NCBI RefSeq assembly: GCF_028641065.1
Contig: NC_073391.1
Span: forward strand, 23,560,001-23,624,000
Direction: 5' to 3'
From: Leucoraja erinacea
Taxonomy: Eukaryota
DNA: 64,000 nucleotides
In this document: in pieces, positions 22,370 to 35,856 of the stretch
Layout of the letters: each line of letters opens with the position of its first letter
Numbering within the stretch: position 1 is the first letter of the stretch
Translations under genes and position numbers: made by a program
Notes under the pieces: generated by a model
What the model was told of the DNA's origin: nothing
The model's input: the letters and a program-made list of their open reading frames with translations, nothing else
Databases searched by the model: none

Positions 22370-23360
22370 AAGCTCAGATGCTTATATGCAGTAATGCTAG
22401 GAAAAAATGTGTCAGTGCCTGTCGCAATTCTGGCTCAAGCTTACCACAAAGAAAGCAAAAGTGATGCACCAGCCTACACCACCACCTTATATGCAGAACC
22501 GATGTTCTTGTGAATCGGCAGAGGAATTTAGTGGTGGACAATTTCACATATCTTGGCAACATTTCAAGATCAGTCACCATTCTTTTTTTTTTGTTTTTTT
22601 GTTTTTGTTTATTTTATTAGATGTTAACACAGTACAGTGGAACCTAATTTTAGGTGCCAACTATGTCATACCGTAATCCATTCTATGTACAACCTCTAGT
22701 TTTATGTTATGAGAAGGAAGTAAGCAAGACAATAAAAAGAAAACAATAGAAAGGGGAAAAAGTGGAAAAATAGATGGTAGAGAGTAGAAAAACGTGAAGT
22801 GTGTATATAAAAAATAAAAAAAAATAAAAAGTAGAATGTAGAAATAGAAGAGAAGGCCCCTTAAAAGAGAATTTTTCAAATCTGTATTCGGAGATGTAGA
22901 TCTATCCACGTCATGAACTGAAATCAGCAATCTTTACGGTACTGCTGCATCACATGATTCCAGAAAGTTGATGAAAGGAGACCAACTCCTTAAGAATTGG
23001 TCATATTTATCTATCAGTCACCATTCTTGATGGTCAACTCTCGGATAGCAAAAAAACAGCTATGCTTTGGAAGACTGAGAATTAAAGCAGAGGAACAAGA
23101 CGATTCAGCCTGAAGACAATGCCAAAGGTGTATTGTGATCTTGCTATGGTTACCTTACTCTATGGTTGTGAGACACATGGACAGTGTACAGCAGACATAC
23201 CAGACAGCTTAATCACTTCCACATGACCTCTCTCTGCAGAGTATGTGTCAGGACAAGATTCCAGGCACATGGTTTTGTTCCAAGCAAACCTCCCCAACAT
23301 TAGCACATTGTTGAAAGAATCACAGATCAGGTGACAAGGAATGTCATTAAAATGTTTGAC
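22370..23360 (+). mobile_element. Old RTE-type LINE fragment, interrupted by an L1 insertion
   Basis: LKLTTKKAKVMHQP, a F.YLG-like stretch, and taccttactctatggttgtgagacacatgg (TLLYGCE(T)W-like). Confidence 0.55.
22585..23012 (-). mobile_element. 5'-truncated L1-clade LINE with poly(A) and perfect 16-bp TSD
   Basis: TSD atcagtcaccattctt at 22569-22584 and 23013-23028; T-tract at 22585-22615; minus strand DKYDQFLRSWSPFINFL...* resembles a fish L1 ORF2 C-terminus. Confidence 0.8.
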
Positions 23361-23380
23361 AAAATATGGGCATTTTTATA

Positions 23381-24125
23381 TGGTAGAGCTGCTTCCTCAC
23401 ACTGCCAGAGACCTAGGTTCAATTGTAACCCTGGGTGCTGTCTGTGTGGATTTTGCACAATCTCCCTGAGTGACCGCATGAGTTTCCTCTCACATCCCAA
23501 AGACGGCAGGCTTGTAGGTTAATTGGCCTCTGTAAGTTGCCCCCTAGTTTGGAGGGAATGGGATGACACAGAACTCGTGCGAACGGGTGATCTTTCGTTG
23601 ACATGGATTCAGTTGGATGAGGGACCTGTTTCCACGCTGTATCTTGAAACTAATTAACCTAAAAAATACCATAGTAGATATTTTGTGGAGAACTGGGGGC
23701 AAAAGATCACACGGCACAAAGATTTCAAGACTTTGGGAGGGGCAGCACAGTGGCAAAGTAGTAGAGTTGTTGCCTTAAAGTGCCAGAGACCCGGTGTCGA
23801 TCCTGACCACGGGTGCTGTCTGCGTAGAGTTTGTACGCTCTCCCTGTGAGCGGGTATGTTTTCTCAGGGTGCTTCTCCCACATTCCAAAGACTTGCAGGT
23901 TGATAGGTTAATTGGCTCCTTTAAATTGCTCCTTTTGTGTAAAATGCAAAACTGAGATAAGGGATATGAAAATGATCTTGACCTGACACGTCATCCATTC
24001 TTTGTATCCAGAGATGCTGTCAGACCCGCTGAGCTACTCCAGCTTTTTGTGTCTATCTACGGGTGAAATAGATCAGCGTGGGCTTGGTGGGCCGAAGAGC
24101 TTGTTTTCTTGCTGTATTTCTAACC
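23381..24125 (+). mobile_element. Two tandem HE1-type SINEs with a ~90-bp spacer; the second contains a Penelope-like arm (~23975-24060)
   Basis: SINE heads at ~23381 and ~23740 and tails cctgtttcc...gctgtat. Confidence 0.75.
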
Positions 24126-25220
24126 TACTACTAAAGACAGAACATCCCTGAAGAGTTTCAACATTGTTACATACAACTGGGAACAACAAACATGGGAGAA
24201 GTGCTGCTTGCTGCTTGCAAAGTGAACCTTCAAAGCAGGAACCATTGATGTTACAGTAACCCTATTGCTCTGGCGCCTGTTTGAAAGGAACCTTTGAGCC
24301 CAGATTGGTCTAATTATCCACATCCTAACACAACACAATATTCTATAAACTGTATGTCATGCACTTACTCAAGAATGAATGACAAACAACAGCACAAATA
24401 ATATAACCTCTTGGATGTAGTCTCAGTGAAACACAATTCCATTCTGTGAAATAGGGTTTTAAATGCTTGATGCAATCAAGATCTTAAGCATAAAACTTTA
24501 CTGTGTTAGGTATAATAAGTTGAGAAAGATGTCATTTTCCAAAACAACGGCACAGAAATTTAGGTGGTTATGATCAGGAGAGATTATTGTGATTCATTAC
24601 ATGAAATAGATATCTTGTAGCTAACTTAGGTAAATAAGCAAAGAAATAATTGGAAATTAGTTCAATTTAAATGAAATTTAAATCAAATTTGATACAGAAA
24701 TGATTGGGAAAATTTGAGGAGAATGGGGTTGAGAGGGAACGATAGATCAGCTATGATTGAATGGTGGAGTAGACTTGATGGGTCGAATGGCCAAATGTTG
24801 CACTGATAACATGATAGAGACAGAGAATTAGGACGAAGGAAAGCACAAGATATTTTGTTTCAGGGCAGTTAGCTTAAGAAAATTGTTTTAACTGTTCCTT
24901 TTATTACCCAGAGAGAAAGAGACATCGCAACAGCATAATTTTTTGACATAAAAGAGGGTTAATGATATTAAATTCCAGCTCTAACTTCCTGCACTGCACT
25001 TAATATATAAAACACCTACTCAGCATTTTTTTTAAAAACTTGCAGGAAGGTTCAGGGTGGACTCAGAGCAACCAAACATTTGTGCTGATTTGCAAAATCT
25101 TTTTTTTGAAGCAAATTACCAGATGATATTTGTGCCAATAATTTTTCTGAGTTATTTTGCCCAATAAACACAGGGCCTGTTTATGGTAAAATGGTACCTT
25201 TAATGGTAAAAACATTTTAT

Positions 25221-25431
25221 GTAAGAAAGAACTGCAGATGCTGGTTTAATTAAAGGGTGGACACAAAATGCCGGAGTAATTCAGCGGGATATGCAACATC
25301 TCTGGAGAGAAGGAATGAGTGACGTTTCGGGTCGAGACCCTTCTTGGTCTTGCCCCGAAACGTCACCCATTCCTTCTCTCCAGACATGCTGCCTGTCCCG
25401 CTGAGTTACTCCAACATTTTGTGTCTACCTT
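25221..25431. mobile_element. Palindromic Penelope-like non-autonomous insertion
   Basis: Inverted arms around gacccttcttggtcttgccccgaaacgtc; imperfect acatttt(tt)at TSD. Confidence 0.75.
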
Positions 25432-27929
25432 ACATTTTTTATTCTATTTTTTACAGTATAAAGTAGCAAATAGTAGTTAATTATCATAACCTCAATAAAA
25501 ATGGATAGATCAAAAATTAACAAGGTTTCATACGAGATAATTGGTGCTTCAGGGGAAATGTGATAAAAGTGATACCGGTGATGACCTACATAAAGCTGCA
25601 AACTCGTCGAGCAATTGCATTAACAGTTCAGGTGTAAATTATTAGGAATTAATTCTGACTATTTATAATGCCTTTTGGCTTGCATTCTTGTTTTTCCAGA
25701 GGAATCTTTGCCAACCCATTGCCTTATTGAAATCTATTCTTCAGAAGAAAAATTCATGAATTTCAATTATCTCAGCTACTTTGTTAGCTAATGCTGGAGG
25801 TATGTGACTGTGGGCCATTGGTAATTTGCTGTTGACATTCCCATGCCATTTCTTGACTGCAGTTATCAATGAGTACTTTTAAAAATTTCTACAGAGCGTT
25901 AAAGGATTACCATTGCACTTCATGTAGCTGCCACATTTTTGTCAAAGTATCTACTCGGTTATCTTGCCTCTCTCCACCTTAACTCCATCTTCAGTTCGGT
26001 ATTTAGAATATTTCCCAACACATTTCCCAATGTGTGCGGATCGCTGGTCGGTGTGGACTCAGTGGGCCGAAGGGCCTGTTTCCACTGCTGTATCTCTAAA
26101 CTAAACTAAAAATAAAAATTCTGCCCTTGCTAAAAGCAGGTGGCCAAATAACTTTAGACTTCAGAGATCCAGCACTTAAACAGGCCCACCAAGTCCACGC
26201 TGTCCACCGATCACTCCGTACACTAGCACTATCCTACACATTAGAGGCTCAGACTACTGATCTGGAGACACAAGTTACAACACAATGCCAGGCAAATTTA
26301 ATTTAGTTTAGCCATTCAATTCCACATTTATGTATTATAATTATCATGAGTGACTGCAGAAGTACAGGTTTGTTGTAAATAAAATAGCTGCACTTTTAGG
26401 TGCAGGGGGCAGGGGAAGAAAGCTGCTGACCATATCACATTTGGCCTTTTATTGTTGACTCTTCTTGTTAATATTGCAATATTGTTAACTCTTTATCTTT
26501 CTCGATGAATGAGCCTTCATTATACAAATTCCTGGATTTGCACATGAGCGGAGGGAGAAGCGAGGGGCAATGGGGCCTTGGAATCTATGAAGACACCAAT
26601 ATTCTCTGCAATTAACAATTTAAATATTAGTTAATAATAATATATGGGGATACTGAAATATGGTGAATTAATAAAGAGGGAAGAAAAGATAAAATCAAGA
26701 CAAAATAAAGCAACCCGCGAGAGAAAAGAAAAATCAAATGCCCATGGGGAAATATTTAATGCATGATGCTGTTTCAGCTATTGTCTTTTCTGGGCCTCCA
26801 AGCTTGAGCTACATTGCAGGGAGATGAATCTCATCATTAAATTGAACCATGCATCAAGTAACAGGGCAGACCTCCTATGGAGAGTTTAATTATTGTAGGG
26901 GTGTAAAAGCAGCCTATCTTGAAACTCATAAGGAGTTTGACATTGGAATCTGGTTCCATCTTGGTTTACTGGCAGACTAAGATTACTGGGCTATTTCCAT
27001 GATAACAGTGATGTGAGCATTTTATTTGCCATCAGTTCACCAGTAAGTTCTGTGTCAGTAGCATTGAATTGAGATTCTTGATGTAATGGTTTATAAAAAA
27101 CAGAAAATGAATCTCCATGGTCTATTATAGGCTGGTGTGTTTGATATAGTGGGATAATTTAAAGTTAATTATAAGGTATGGGTAGCTATCTTGTATCTGA
27201 AAAGGGATAACACAGTCCTCTGATGGGCAGTTAGAATTTTACCAGCTTGAAGAAAGGAAGGTGATTATAAAGAGGCTCATAAAATTATAGTCATAAACTA
27301 TATTGTCTCTCGGTACTTAACCCTCAGGCTTATAAAGAGCTGAAACAGTATTGTCAGACAATACCTCTTTTCTCTGGAGATTGGAGTTCCAAACTATTGT
27401 CAAGGAATCTTGCCATCTTTTTCTTGATGATGGCATTTAATCTTTACAAGTACATTGACTCTCTGCTGCATTTTGGCTGTAAAATTAAAGTATAGAGAGG
27501 CTAAGGATGAGATGTTGCGAATTGATGTCTGTTTTAGAAATGAAAGCTTGAAAAGGTAATATGTTTAACATCTTTGATTACAACCAATGGAATAATTTCA
27601 CCTTCACTATTTAACAATAAGTATTAGAATTATTGAACTGAGGAATTGACAAGCTGATCATGTTTAAAACATTGGTTTGGTGTGCATCATTGGTTATGTC
27701 TGGGGTTTATAATGTTATAGCTTGCATTAAAATAATGCCTTTCATGGCTTATGGACATTAAGTGCTTAAATATAGTACCATTGTTCTAATGTTGGAAATG
27801 AGACACAAACGCATACGATTTGGAGGAATGAGTTGACCAGAACGTTTGAAGGATCCTTCCCTTTTCGAAAATTTTATTGAGGAAACTTCTCTGTCCACCG
27901 ACAGGTCAGATCTTGTTTTAGTTGAAAGG

Positions 27930-28240
27930 ATGGCTTAGTGGCTAGCAGTACATTTGCTGCCTTACAGTGCCAGAGACCCAGGTTCGATTCCGACCATGGG
28001 TGCTGTCTGTACGGAGTTTGTATGTTCTCCCTGTGACCATGTAAGTTTTATCTGGGTACTTTGGTTTTCTCCCACACTCCAAATATGTATAGGTTTGTAG
28101 GTTAATTGGCTTTGATAAGTTGTAAAATTGTCCCTAGTGTGTAGGATGGTGTTAGTGTACAGGCTGATTGCTGGCTGGTGTGGACTAGGTGGGCTGAAGG
28201 GATCGTTTTCGCATAGTATATCTGAAGTTTAAAGTCTAAC
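27930..28240 (+). mobile_element. HE1-type SINE
   Basis: ggttcgattcc B-box and central domain as in the other copies. Confidence 0.8.
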
Positions 28241-30919
28241 GTAAAAGACGTTACCTCCAACAATCCAATGCTTCTGCTATATTACAGTAATAAATGGATC
28301 CACATTTCATTCATGCCTGTGGAGTGAGAAGAATTATATAATCTGACAGCAGAATGGACATATTTACAACACCTTGTGTCAGAACTATTCTTTCCTCATA
28401 ATAATACGTATATATTTACATTAGCTTTCAGAAGATATTTGAGTCCTTTGAAATAATGGTCAGTATTTGTTCAATTACGGCATTCATGCTGTGTAATGGG
28501 ATGGCTGCCAGGTAAAATTAAAAACTGAAAATCTCCTTGCCATTAACTGCCTGAGATGGGGTGCAAGAGTTGGTGAGTGAACTTGTGCATGTTATCTGGG
28601 ATCCGAATGACATTTCTATGAACCAGTGTGCAATGCATTAGCTTTTGAGTGGTGCCAGTCAGATGAATCAGAGATGAAGGAGAATCTGCCCGAGGATGTT
28701 CCTTGAATGATTAACTAAATAGTCTATTCAAAAGAGAGTTTTGTTCAATTAACCTTAATTTATTCTTTGAAGCTTCCATGCACTCTCATAATAAGTGAAT
28801 TTAATATTTCAACTGCGCATGTCCAGGTCATAGGTCATTTGGGATAAAAATTCTTGCCAGCTGAGCTACTGTGTGTGTACGGGCCTGCATATTCATTTCA
28901 ATGAGATTTATAAATATATTTATCCGTCAAATATGTCAGCAGTAGGCCACAGCGTACTGCAGGCTGCACAAATCCACAATTGTATTTATTGAAATTATTG
29001 ACTCAATACAGCACCAGCCTTGAAAACGCAAGAATGACTGGAACGAATCAAATCCCTGGCATTAGCCTGAGTCGCAGCCATTCAAATTCGATATTAATTT
29101 ACACGAATTACAAGTTGTGTGGTCAACCAATTTGAGACAGTCCTTACATTCCTATCTAAACAACCTTCCTGGATTGAAGTAACCAGGAGAATGTGCTGTG
29201 TGGGGGGTAGGTTGGAAAGTTCAGATTGGATTCGAACAGGCTGGTTAAACGTTCGAGGTGGGTTGGCTTAAATAAAGATGCTGTCGCTTTAACCTCTGGG
29301 GTTGGTTCCACTCTGTCAGGGCACACAGTTGGGAGCTGGGTCCGGGTGACCGGGCGGTGATTATTATGGGAATTTGCAGCCATTTCTATGGCAGCCAAAC
29401 TAGACGCTTCACTCATGAGTGGGTCGCAGCTCCCCAGCTGACAGGAACTGTTCTCGCTCTCTTTGAAGGAGGCGCCGCCTGCCCCAGCGAGTGGGCAAAT
29501 GCAGAGCCAACCCGTAATATGAGTGGGAGCATTTTCTCAGTCAGACTTTGTCGAAGTTGGGGTGGGAGATTTGGGAGAGAGAGAGAGAGCTGGCGATGTC
29601 GCACAGACGGAACAGTTTAATAATGACCCATTACAATCGGCCCATCGGCCACTCGGCAACCTAGGCTGATCTGATCTGACAGCCCTCTCGCTAGCACGCT
29701 GCGTGCCCGACCCTAACGCAGTACCTCCACAAAACCTTTGGGCTTCGGGTAACACCTGCACAAAGAGCCTCTGCTAACAAGGGCTGGCGAACTGTGCTGG
29801 TCAACGTGCACTGGGTGAGATGGCTGGTGGGAAACGTACCGCAACCACCGCAAACTTGGAACAGCACAGACCCTCCACTTAATCTATCCAATACTAAAGG
29901 GCAGGCATTTCACAGTTAAATGTCTTATATCGGATTGGCGGCTCCTTCACAGAGCCAACCCTGTACTCAGTTTTCCTCGGAGATGAATCTTTGCATTAAC
30001 AGTACATTCACACCGCCTGTAGATAAAGCATCAGCACACAATCACCCTGATACAGTCGCTGCCTGTCTCAGATTAAATATTAATTTAAACATAAATTATG
30101 AATAACGATAAGAAAATGTTTCAAACAGAAGTAATATTTTCTTATTCCAGTAGCAAGCACATTAAGGATTAAATGAAAATAATACATTCTTTAACTTTTT
30201 GATTATCTCATAATTGCAGATTAATGAACTGAACTAACTGTGACTGTGTAAGTAGTGTGTGAGCAGCAGAACAAGAAAGGAAGCTATTGAGTTGACAGAA
30301 TTCTAGATTAATTCCTTGGTAGAATAGTTAACAATTTGTACACAGGTTATACAGCGCTGCATTCGCTTTTTTTTATATCACGAATGACCTTTGACAAATC
30401 CCACGATTCCTTTCGTTTATCGAAATACCGAACTCGCTTATTCCCCATCCTTCATCCCTGGCACCTTGAATTTCATGTGTAGTTTCTGAAAAAGACCATC
30501 AGAATTCCTTTCTCTTTTCCCTACTGATGGGCATATTCTGATCCAGCACTCACAGCTGTCAGGTGTTACATAAATCTCTGCAGCTCACATCATTGATTAG
30601 GTGAGCAGTGTTCTTTGTCTCTCTCAGCTGACTGGATCTTTGATTTACATGAAAATCAGTTCCATAGTATCAAACATTGTACTGCCGTGTGCAAGCAAGC
30701 AAGTTTAGAAGCTACAACATCAGTACTAAAGTAAGGAGCAGGTTCGTTTATGAATCTGTTACTTCTCTTATAAACGCAGGAAGGTCTATTAGAGGCAGGT
30801 CAGATGAATGATGAACTGTTTCTGAATTGTTCATCATTAGCCACTTTTGCCAGTGTCATTGTACATGATGCATACATTCTCAAAGTACTCAAAAGTGGAA
30901 TGGAGTTATTCCCTTAACT

Positions 30920-31520
30920 CAGGGATGTAATGCTGAGGGTCTATAAGGCGATGGTCAGGCTGCATTTGGAATATTGGTGAGCAATTTTGGGCACCAGAAC
31001 TGAGGAAGAATGTGCTGGCTCTGTAGAGCCTCCAGAGGAGGTTTACAAGAAAGACCCCAGGAATAAGTAGGTTAACATATGATGAGCGTTTGTTTGCACT
31101 GGGTCTGTACTCACATGAGCTTAGAAGAATGAATGGGGACCTCATTGAATCATACAGAATAGTGAAAGGCTTGGAGAGAGTGGATGTGGAGAGGATGTTT
31201 GCACAAGTGGGAAAGTCTAGGACTAGAGGACATAGCCTCAGAATTAAAGGACATTCTTTTAGGAAAGAGATAAGGAGGAATTGTTTTAGTCAGAGGGTGG
31301 TGAATCTGTGAAATTCTTTGCCACATAAGGTTGTGGAGGCAAAGTCAGTGATATATTTAAGGCAGAGATAGATAGATTCGTGATTAGTACGTATGTCAGA
31401 GGTTATGGGGAGAAGACAGGAGAATGGGATTAGGAGGGAGGGAGAGATAGATCAGCGATGATTGAATGGCAGAGTAGACTTGATGGGCCGTATGGCTTCT
31501 ACTCCTATCTCTTATGATCT
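30920..31520 (+). mobile_element. CR1 LINE 3' fragment
   Basis: LGLYS.E.RRM.GDLIE.Y.I.KG...RTRGHSLRIKG..F....R.N.FSQRVVNL motif. Confidence 0.85.
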
Positions 31521-32799
31521 TAACTCGTCCAAAAGACATGTACATGTTTGCACATTTACTCTTTCTAATTTGTACCTGAACCTTTATTTGTTGGTGAGGC
31601 ACATTTGTTCTCCCACTGGCTCAGCACAATCAAGAACACTCAGCAATTAATCTTTAGGCTTTGAGAGGTGAACAGATTTTGGCAAAATTGGAAGCTCTCA
31701 GATGTAAAGGGGAAAGTGGACCAGGAGTTTAGTTCCTGTTTCATTAATTAACTTAGGATTTGTGTGTGTGGATGATGGTTAAGAACACTGCCGGCTTTTG
31801 CTTTGAAATCCTTATCCACTTTTGTTCTTTGTCAATGTTAAATGACCTGACTGTTTTTTATGGTCATTAATAAGTGAAATGCAATTAGCATCAATGCCAA
31901 CACTTTCTGTCAATTAAAAGTCTAAAAAAAAAGTTCCTTTAAAAAATTAACACAGATGCTTTCGTGGATGTGTGCCTTGAAATTATTTTAATGTTTGAAC
32001 TGTTATAACTTTTTTGCCAAAGGTGGACACAAAATGCTGGAGTAACTCAATGTGTCAGACAGCACCTCTGGAGAAAATAGATAGGAGATGTTTTGGGTTG
32101 AGACGCACCTTCAGATTTTAATGCCTGAAATTTTAGTAAGGGCATAATGATCTTCCAAAACAACAGACACACAATTTCATTTGAAACCATTAAATGTTCA
32201 TCCAGTGAACATCCAGGGAAATAAAACCTAGCAATGTTTTATTGGCTAAATTGACTTTTTTGATTGATTGAAAGACACAGTATGGAAACAGGCCCTTCAG
32301 CCTAGTGTCCACGCCACCCATTGATCACTCGTTCAAACTTGAACTGTGTAATCCTATTTGCTGTTTTTACTCCATTAAAAATGATAATCCCCTTTACTTC
32401 GTGGGTGTAGTGTTCTTCAGATTCATAACTGGCCTGAATTCCGTTTTGCATGGTGAACCAACTCCTGGATTGTTTGGTTATGCTAAATTCTTTCTTCAGT
32501 TGTTTTATGTAGCCAAAAATAAATTGATTTACAACCGTATCTTAATGACTTGAAGGCTGATATCAGAAAGCTTATCTGAAAAATTGGATGTAACTTTCAT
32601 ATAGAAACATAGAAAATAGGTGCAGGAGGAGGCCATTCGGCCCTTCGAGCCAGCACCGCCATTCATTATGATCATGGCTGATCGTCCCCAATCAATACCC
32701 CGTGCCTGCCTTCTCCAAAATAACAGTACAAACATTTACCAAATTTCAGCATGTCTGGATGTGCTTTATGATCAGCATGGATCTTTAGAATAATATTTC

Positions 32800-34286
32800 G
32801 ATTTCTCAGACGGTGCAGCATAAATTTGCGAGTTTCCTTCACTTTGCTGATGATTGAGAGAGTAAACCAATGGAGCAGTAATTAGCAAGGTTGTATTTGA
32901 GCTGCTTAATACAGATGGGACATAGTTGGGCACAGTGGGGCAGCGGGTAGAGCTGCTGCCTCACAGTGTCAAGACATTGATTGTAACCACCTGTTTGATT
33001 GTAACTTCCTGTGCTATCTGTGTTCTCCCTGAGTGATCGCGTCGGTTTCCTCTCACATCCCAAAGACGCCAGGCTTGTATGTTAATTGGCCCTGTAAATT
33101 GTCCCCGAGTTTGTCGGGTATGGGATGACATAGAACTAGTGTGAACAGGTGATCTATCGTTGGCGTGGACTCAATAGGCTGAAAGGCCTGTTTCCATCCT
33201 GTATCTTTAAACTGATTAACCTAAAAAATACTAAAGCAGCGACTTTGTGGTGAACTGAGGGCAAAAGATCACATGGCACAAAGTTTCAACGACTTTGGGA
33301 GGGGTAGAACATTAATGCAGCAGTAGAGTTGCTGACTAAAGGGCCTGTCCCACTTGCGTGTCCTTGGCACGCAAATTACGTTGAGCCGAGACAGTCCCGC
33401 GAAGGTCGGGCGCGTTTCCATGCATATACACAGCCGTCTGGAGCACGTGACGTCATTTGAAGATGGAGACAAAGCTGGAGTAACTCAGCGGGACCGGCAG
33501 CATCTCTGGAGAGAAGCAATGGGTGAATTTTCGTGTCGAGACTCTTCAGTCTGAAACGTCACCCATTGCTTCTCTCCAGAGATGCTGCCGGTCCCGTTGA
33601 GTTACTCCTGCATTTTGTGTATCTTCAATTTTCTTGGCCCTGCTCTGGAGGTAGAAGTGGGGGCGGATCCGGACCGCAAAGGCTGTGAGCCTCAGGCCGA
33701 GTTCGGCGATCGTTTGCCTGCTTCTGCTGCTGTTGAAGATGAGACATTGCATCGCGCCAGGGTCTTAGGCCTGTCCCACTTTGCCCTTCAGTTCCGCGAC
33801 AGGCCGTTGGCGCGCGACGACTTTGTTCACTACAAAAATTTCGGAGCCCTGTGCGATGTTGGGCACAACTACATACCCTTCCGCGCTTCTAAGTGGGACC
33901 GGCCCCGCGCGGCCATACGATGCCCATGCGTCTCAACCACGAGGTCGCGTAATTTGCGAGCCAAGGACACGTAAGTGGGACAGGCCCTTCACAGGGATAG
34001 AGATGGGTTCGATCCTGACTCTGGGTTCTGTCTGGATGATGTTTGTACGTTCTCCCTGTGACCACATGGGTTTTCTCCGGGTGTTCTGATTTCCTCCCAC
34101 CATGCCAAAGATATGCAGAATTGTAGGTTTAATTGGCTTGTTTAAATTGTTTTGATTTCTGAGTTGGTGCAGCGTAAAATTGCAAGTTTCCTTCACGTTG
34201 CTGATGATTGAGAGAGTAAACCGATGGAGCAGTAATTAGCAAGATTGGATTCGAGCTGCTCATTACAGATGGGACATAGTTGGGCA
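32800..34286 (+). repeat. 133-bp direct repeats (32800-32932, 34154-34286) enclosing a copy of the 23381-23930 SINE-spacer-SINE block
   Basis: Both repeats read gatttct...tttccttcac.ttgctgatgattgagagagtaaacc.atggagcagtaattagcaag...acagatgggacatagttgggca. Confidence 0.85.
33340..33988. mobile_element. Harbinger/PIF-like MITE inserted in a SINE head
   Basis: ~40-bp TIRs agggcctgtcccacttgcgtgtccttggcacgcaaattacg / cgtaatttgcgagccaaggacacgtaagtgggacaggccct; 3-bp flanks taa/tca; CpG-rich. Confidence 0.8.
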
Positions 34287-34967
34287 GTTTTTTATAATAT
34301 TGGATAAAGGAGTTTTTCTGGAAACATTATAATTTTTTGCTGTACTTTAACTTTGGAAATCAAAGATTGATCTTGGAAAATCAATTGAGAAAAGAAAATG
34401 TGTCTGTGACATTTGAGCCTAATCTATAATGTAATTTTATACTTGCTTTATTTAAAAATTGTGCTATCTAATTGATAACTAAAATTGCATAGCTTATGTT
34501 TTTCTTATCTAATGTTTGTGTACCTCCATGTAGGAAATATCCTTGTGTGCATTTGTTATTTTCTTTATACTGTGTTCAAATCATTTATACCAATGAGAAC
34601 TGAAAAATGTCAATATTTCTTGAATTTTTTAAAAACCATTTGGCTCGTCATTTCTGAGAGCAATAATACCGTCCCTTGGTTATCCACATCCATTTTATAC
34701 ACAGTGCAACAATGCTGAGGTGTTGATTTGTACATTCTGTGCAGCTGGAGAATTGTTTATTGCATTCATTACCACGCATTTTCCTTACATTTTATTAATG
34801 TCTAGTGACCTACCCCTTCATTACCAGTCATCTTTCACTGCCATCGATTTGCAAACGAGAATCTTATCCATTTCATGTTTTGGCAGGAGTAGAAGATGAA
34901 CTGTTTTTTAAACTGCTGAAGTGCTGAAAATGCTCAGCAGGTTAGATAGAATTAGTATTTCAAGACA

Positions 34968-35856
34968 CAGTGCCCTCCATAATGTTTGGACGCCACAATT
35001 TGAGATTTGTAGTAGAACAAAAAATCACATGTGGTTAAAGTGCACATTGTCTGATTTCAATAAAGGCCATTTTTATACATTTTGGTTTCACCATGTAGAA
35101 ATTACAGCAGTGTTTATACATAGTCCCTCCATTTCAGGGCACCATATTGTTTGGGGCACAGCAATGTCATGTAAATGAAAGTAGTCATGTTTAGTATTTT
35201 GTTGCATATCCTTTGATTACTTGAAGTTTGCGATTCATGGACATCACCAGTTGCTGCGTGTCTTCTCTGGTGAAGCTCTGCCAGGCCTTTATCGCAGACA
35301 TCTTTAGCCTATGCTTGTTTTGGAGGGTAGTCCTCTTCAGCAGTGTATAAAAGGCATGCTCAATTGGGTTCAGATCGGGTGATTGACTTGGCCACTCAAG
35401 AATTTACCATTTTTTTAGCTTTGAAAAATTCCTTTGTTGCTTTAACAGTATGTTTGGGAACATTGTCTTGTTGTAGAATGAACCGCCAGCCAATGCGTTT
35501 TGAGCCATTTGTTTGAACTTGAGCAGATAGGATATGTCTATACACTTCAGAATTCATTATGTTACTACCATCAGCAGTTGTATCGTCAATGAAGATAAGT
35601 GAGCCAGTACCTTCAGCAGCCATACATGCCCAGGCCAGAACACCCCCACCACCGTGTTTCACATGTGGTGGTATGCTTTGGATCTTGGGCAGTTGCTTCT
35701 CACCTCCATACCTTGCTCTTGCCATCACTCTGATATAAGTTAATCTTTGTCTCATCTGTCCACAAGACCTTTTTCCAGAACTGCGGTTGTTCTTTTAAGT
35801 ACTTCTTGGCAAACTGTTACCTGGCAATCCTATTTTTGCAGCTAACCAGTGGTTTG
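34968..35856 (-). mobile_element. Tc1-family transposon, truncated (one TIR plus transposase catalytic region)
   Basis: TIR cagtgccctccataatgtttgg with an inner repeat near 35140-35160; KHGGGGVLAWACMAAEGTG...LQQDNVPKHT and [15 protein letters not shown] motifs. Confidence 0.85.
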
